From NCBI RefSeq assembly GCF_000400465.1, contig NW_008806286.1:143865-175864 (forward strand): DNA of 32,000 bases, read 5' to 3'. Origin of the DNA: Wallemia ichthyophaga EXF-994. Lineage: Eukaryota; Fungi; Basidiomycota. A program made the position numbers and the translations under genes. Below are positions 29,802 to 32,000 of the stretch, piece after piece (within the stretch, counting starts at the first letter, position 1; each line of letters starts with the position of its first letter). A model generated the notes under the pieces. That model did not search any database and had not been told where the DNA came from. It saw only the letters and a list, made by a program, of their open reading frames with translations.

Positions 29802-32000
29802 ATGCCACTGACAGCAGCTCAAATACAATCCCTACACGACTCACCAGATCCATTTCCTAGCCTCGGAGATGACAGCTCATCGAAGCCAGCGGCAGCGGCA
29901 ACGACTAAACCGATGCAGAAGGAAAATGTGGATCTAAACTCGGAGTCTGCATTTCCTAGTCTACCAACAGCCACGCCAAAGCAGCCTTCAGGTGCCTGGG
30001 CTAAGCCAGTAATACAAAGATCCATCTACCAATCCACATACACGATCCCACAGTCACAGCTTCTGAACGCTATAAGCAACCAGAAGTCAAGACAGTCACC
30101 AAAGACTATCTCTGAGCTCTTTAAGAGAGTTTCTAGTGCGTTTAATGTTAACGTAGACAGCTCAACGACTTCACAAACTAAGCAAACAACTTTCTTTGTA
30201 AAAGGACAGTCGCAGAAGTCTGTTAATGAGGCTATTGCTTATCTTACAAGCACCCTATCAACTAGAATTACTATCACCGTTGAAATTCCAAACTCTTCAA
30301 GAGCTCTACTCATTGGTCCAAAAGGTTAGCTTAGAATTGTTGAGGCGCAGGAATACGGTTATTAACACTTTTTAACAGGATCCACCCTTAAATCCATCAC
30401 TGACTCCACTAAAACTCGCATTCAAGTTCCTCCAAAACCGGCCTCGGAATCTTTACCAAAGACTTCAAATTCTGAGGATTCTGATCAAGACAGCGAAGAC
30501 GACTACTCCATCCCTATCACAATCGAAGGTTTAGAAGATTCTATTCAATTGGCCCAAGAGAAAGTTTACGATATCATTTCTCAAGTCATTAAGTCATACA
30601 CCAAGCGTTTCACTTCTATACCTTCTTCATTCTACCCTTTGATTGCTTTAAAATCAGCTCAAATAGAGCAACAATATGCAGTTACTATCACTATTCCCTC
30701 ACAAGCTAGATTGCGCGCTATTGCTCATCAAGCTATTGGTGAAGAATCCGATATTAATGAGAATGAACGCATCAAACAATCAGCTATCGTCATTAAGGGT
30801 GAAAAGTCTGCTGTAAAGGCTGCTATTCAATCTGTCGAGAGAGTCTACAACGATTGTCAACGTACAACCAAAACCATTTCCATCCCAATTCCCAAGCGTC
30901 AACATCGCACTTTGGTTGGTGTTATTGGTGACGAAATTTTAGAAAAGACTCAATGCATTGTCGAATTGCCAGCTGCTGATGATATTTCGGAGACGTGTAC
31001 TATCCGCGGTCCTCAACTGAAATTGCCTGCTGCTTTGCAATTAGTCATGGAAAAAGCTAGTACATTGGCCGTCGAAATTGTTGATTTGCTCTCAGTCCAC
31101 AGAGTCAAGACTGATTTAAACTATGGTGTCAACGTTTTAAGATACCTTCTGCGTGGTGGTAAATTAAACAAAATTGCTGATGCTTATCCAGGTGCAAAGA
31201 TTTATCCTCCAAGATCTGCATATATAGAGAAATCTCAAACTGTCATCATTGATATCGTCAGTTCAGATTCATCAGCTGCTATCAGTGCCAGAGAGCAGGT
31301 TGAGAAGTTGGTATTTACAATCCCACCATCAGCTGTCACGTCAGTAGAGATTGACCATCTCCTTCACCGCCACTTGTTCGGTAAGCAGGCTCGTCAACTC
31401 GAAGACACCAAGAAAATCACTCTTATGTTCCCACATGAATCTGAACAGCACGATGAGGTTGGTTTGATATATACCGGTGCTTCGGAATTAGGATTGGATG
31501 GCAAGGCATTAGACAACAAGATTGGTGAAATTGTTCAACATGGTGTTAACACTGTTCTTGATTTGGCAAAAGCTGCATCAAACATCACCATTCAAATCGT
31601 CAAAGTTGATCCAAAGTTCCACAAATCAATCGTCGGTCCAGGAGGTACGACACTCAATGCCATTATTGGTGAGGATAAATTGGTAGATGTTCAGCTCGGT
31701 ACAAGCAAACCAACAAACCGCAACAACTCAAAGAAGGAGATTAACGAGGATGAAATCTCGGTTCGTGGACAAAAGGAAGAAGTTGATAGGGTTGTTGGGG
31801 AGCTCAACAGAATTGCAGATGAAGCTGAGAACCACCATATCGTTTATGGTCATGAAACTGAAATATCTATTAACAGTCAATACGTGCCACACATTGTCGG
31901 CAAGAACGGATCCTCAATAACAAAGTTGAGAGAATCACTCGGCGTTCAAATTGACATTACCCAGCGTCAACCTAACGATAACTTGAAGAAATCACCACAA
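29802..32000 (+). CDS. SCP160: Vigilin/Scp160 multi-KH-domain RNA-binding protein, 3' partial (intron 30325-30378)
   Basis: N-terminal PFPSLG and SESAFPSL motifs, repeated KH GxxG loops (LLIGPKGSTLK; HRTLVG; HKSIVGPGGTTL; HIVGKNGSSI). The frame stays open from 30379 to the window end, so it is absent from the ORF track. Confidence 0.92.

Noticed and set aside
1-32000. CRISPR arrays, tRNA/rRNA genes, snRNAs, transposon ends, TGA-CTA peroxisomal read-through signals
   Set aside because: No repeat-spacer arrays, cloverleafs, rRNA/U1/U2/U6 signatures or terminal repeats were seen by eye; the stop codons I inspected (cysteine synthase, MRI1, MLS1) lack the TGA-CTA context.

Overview
Eukaryotic DNA from a very gene-dense fungal genome with short introns (mostly 43-75 nt GT-AG; branch points such as CTAAC, CTGAC, CTCAC). 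The architecture and protein style suggest a compact basidiomycete such as Wallemia (inference). By manual splicing I support 18 protein-coding genes: RAMP4/Ysy6, RBBP4/HAT2, ODC antizyme, SNU23, TERT, TUP1, BUD13, an MMS22/Mus7-like gene, cysteine synthase, NDUFA4/MLRQ, MRI1, two tandem O-methyltransferases, DPH7, U2SURP, a hypothetical protein, malate synthase, UTP14 and a partial SCP160/vigilin. Two elements are missed or misread by the ORF track. (1) An ornithine decarboxylase antizyme that needs a +1 programmed ribosomal frameshift at UUU-UGA (2142-2147). (2) A spliced, apparently non-coding minus-strand host gene (~23330-23800) whose two ~200-nt introns each carry a box C/D snoRNA (snR67-like and snR53-like), separated by a 3-nt exon. 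Also notable: head-to-head start codons only 17, 27 and 51 bp apart, tandem methyltransferase paralogs sharing no intron position, and an unexplained 1.1-kb gap (14065-15172). Family assignments come from recalled motifs; no database search was run.
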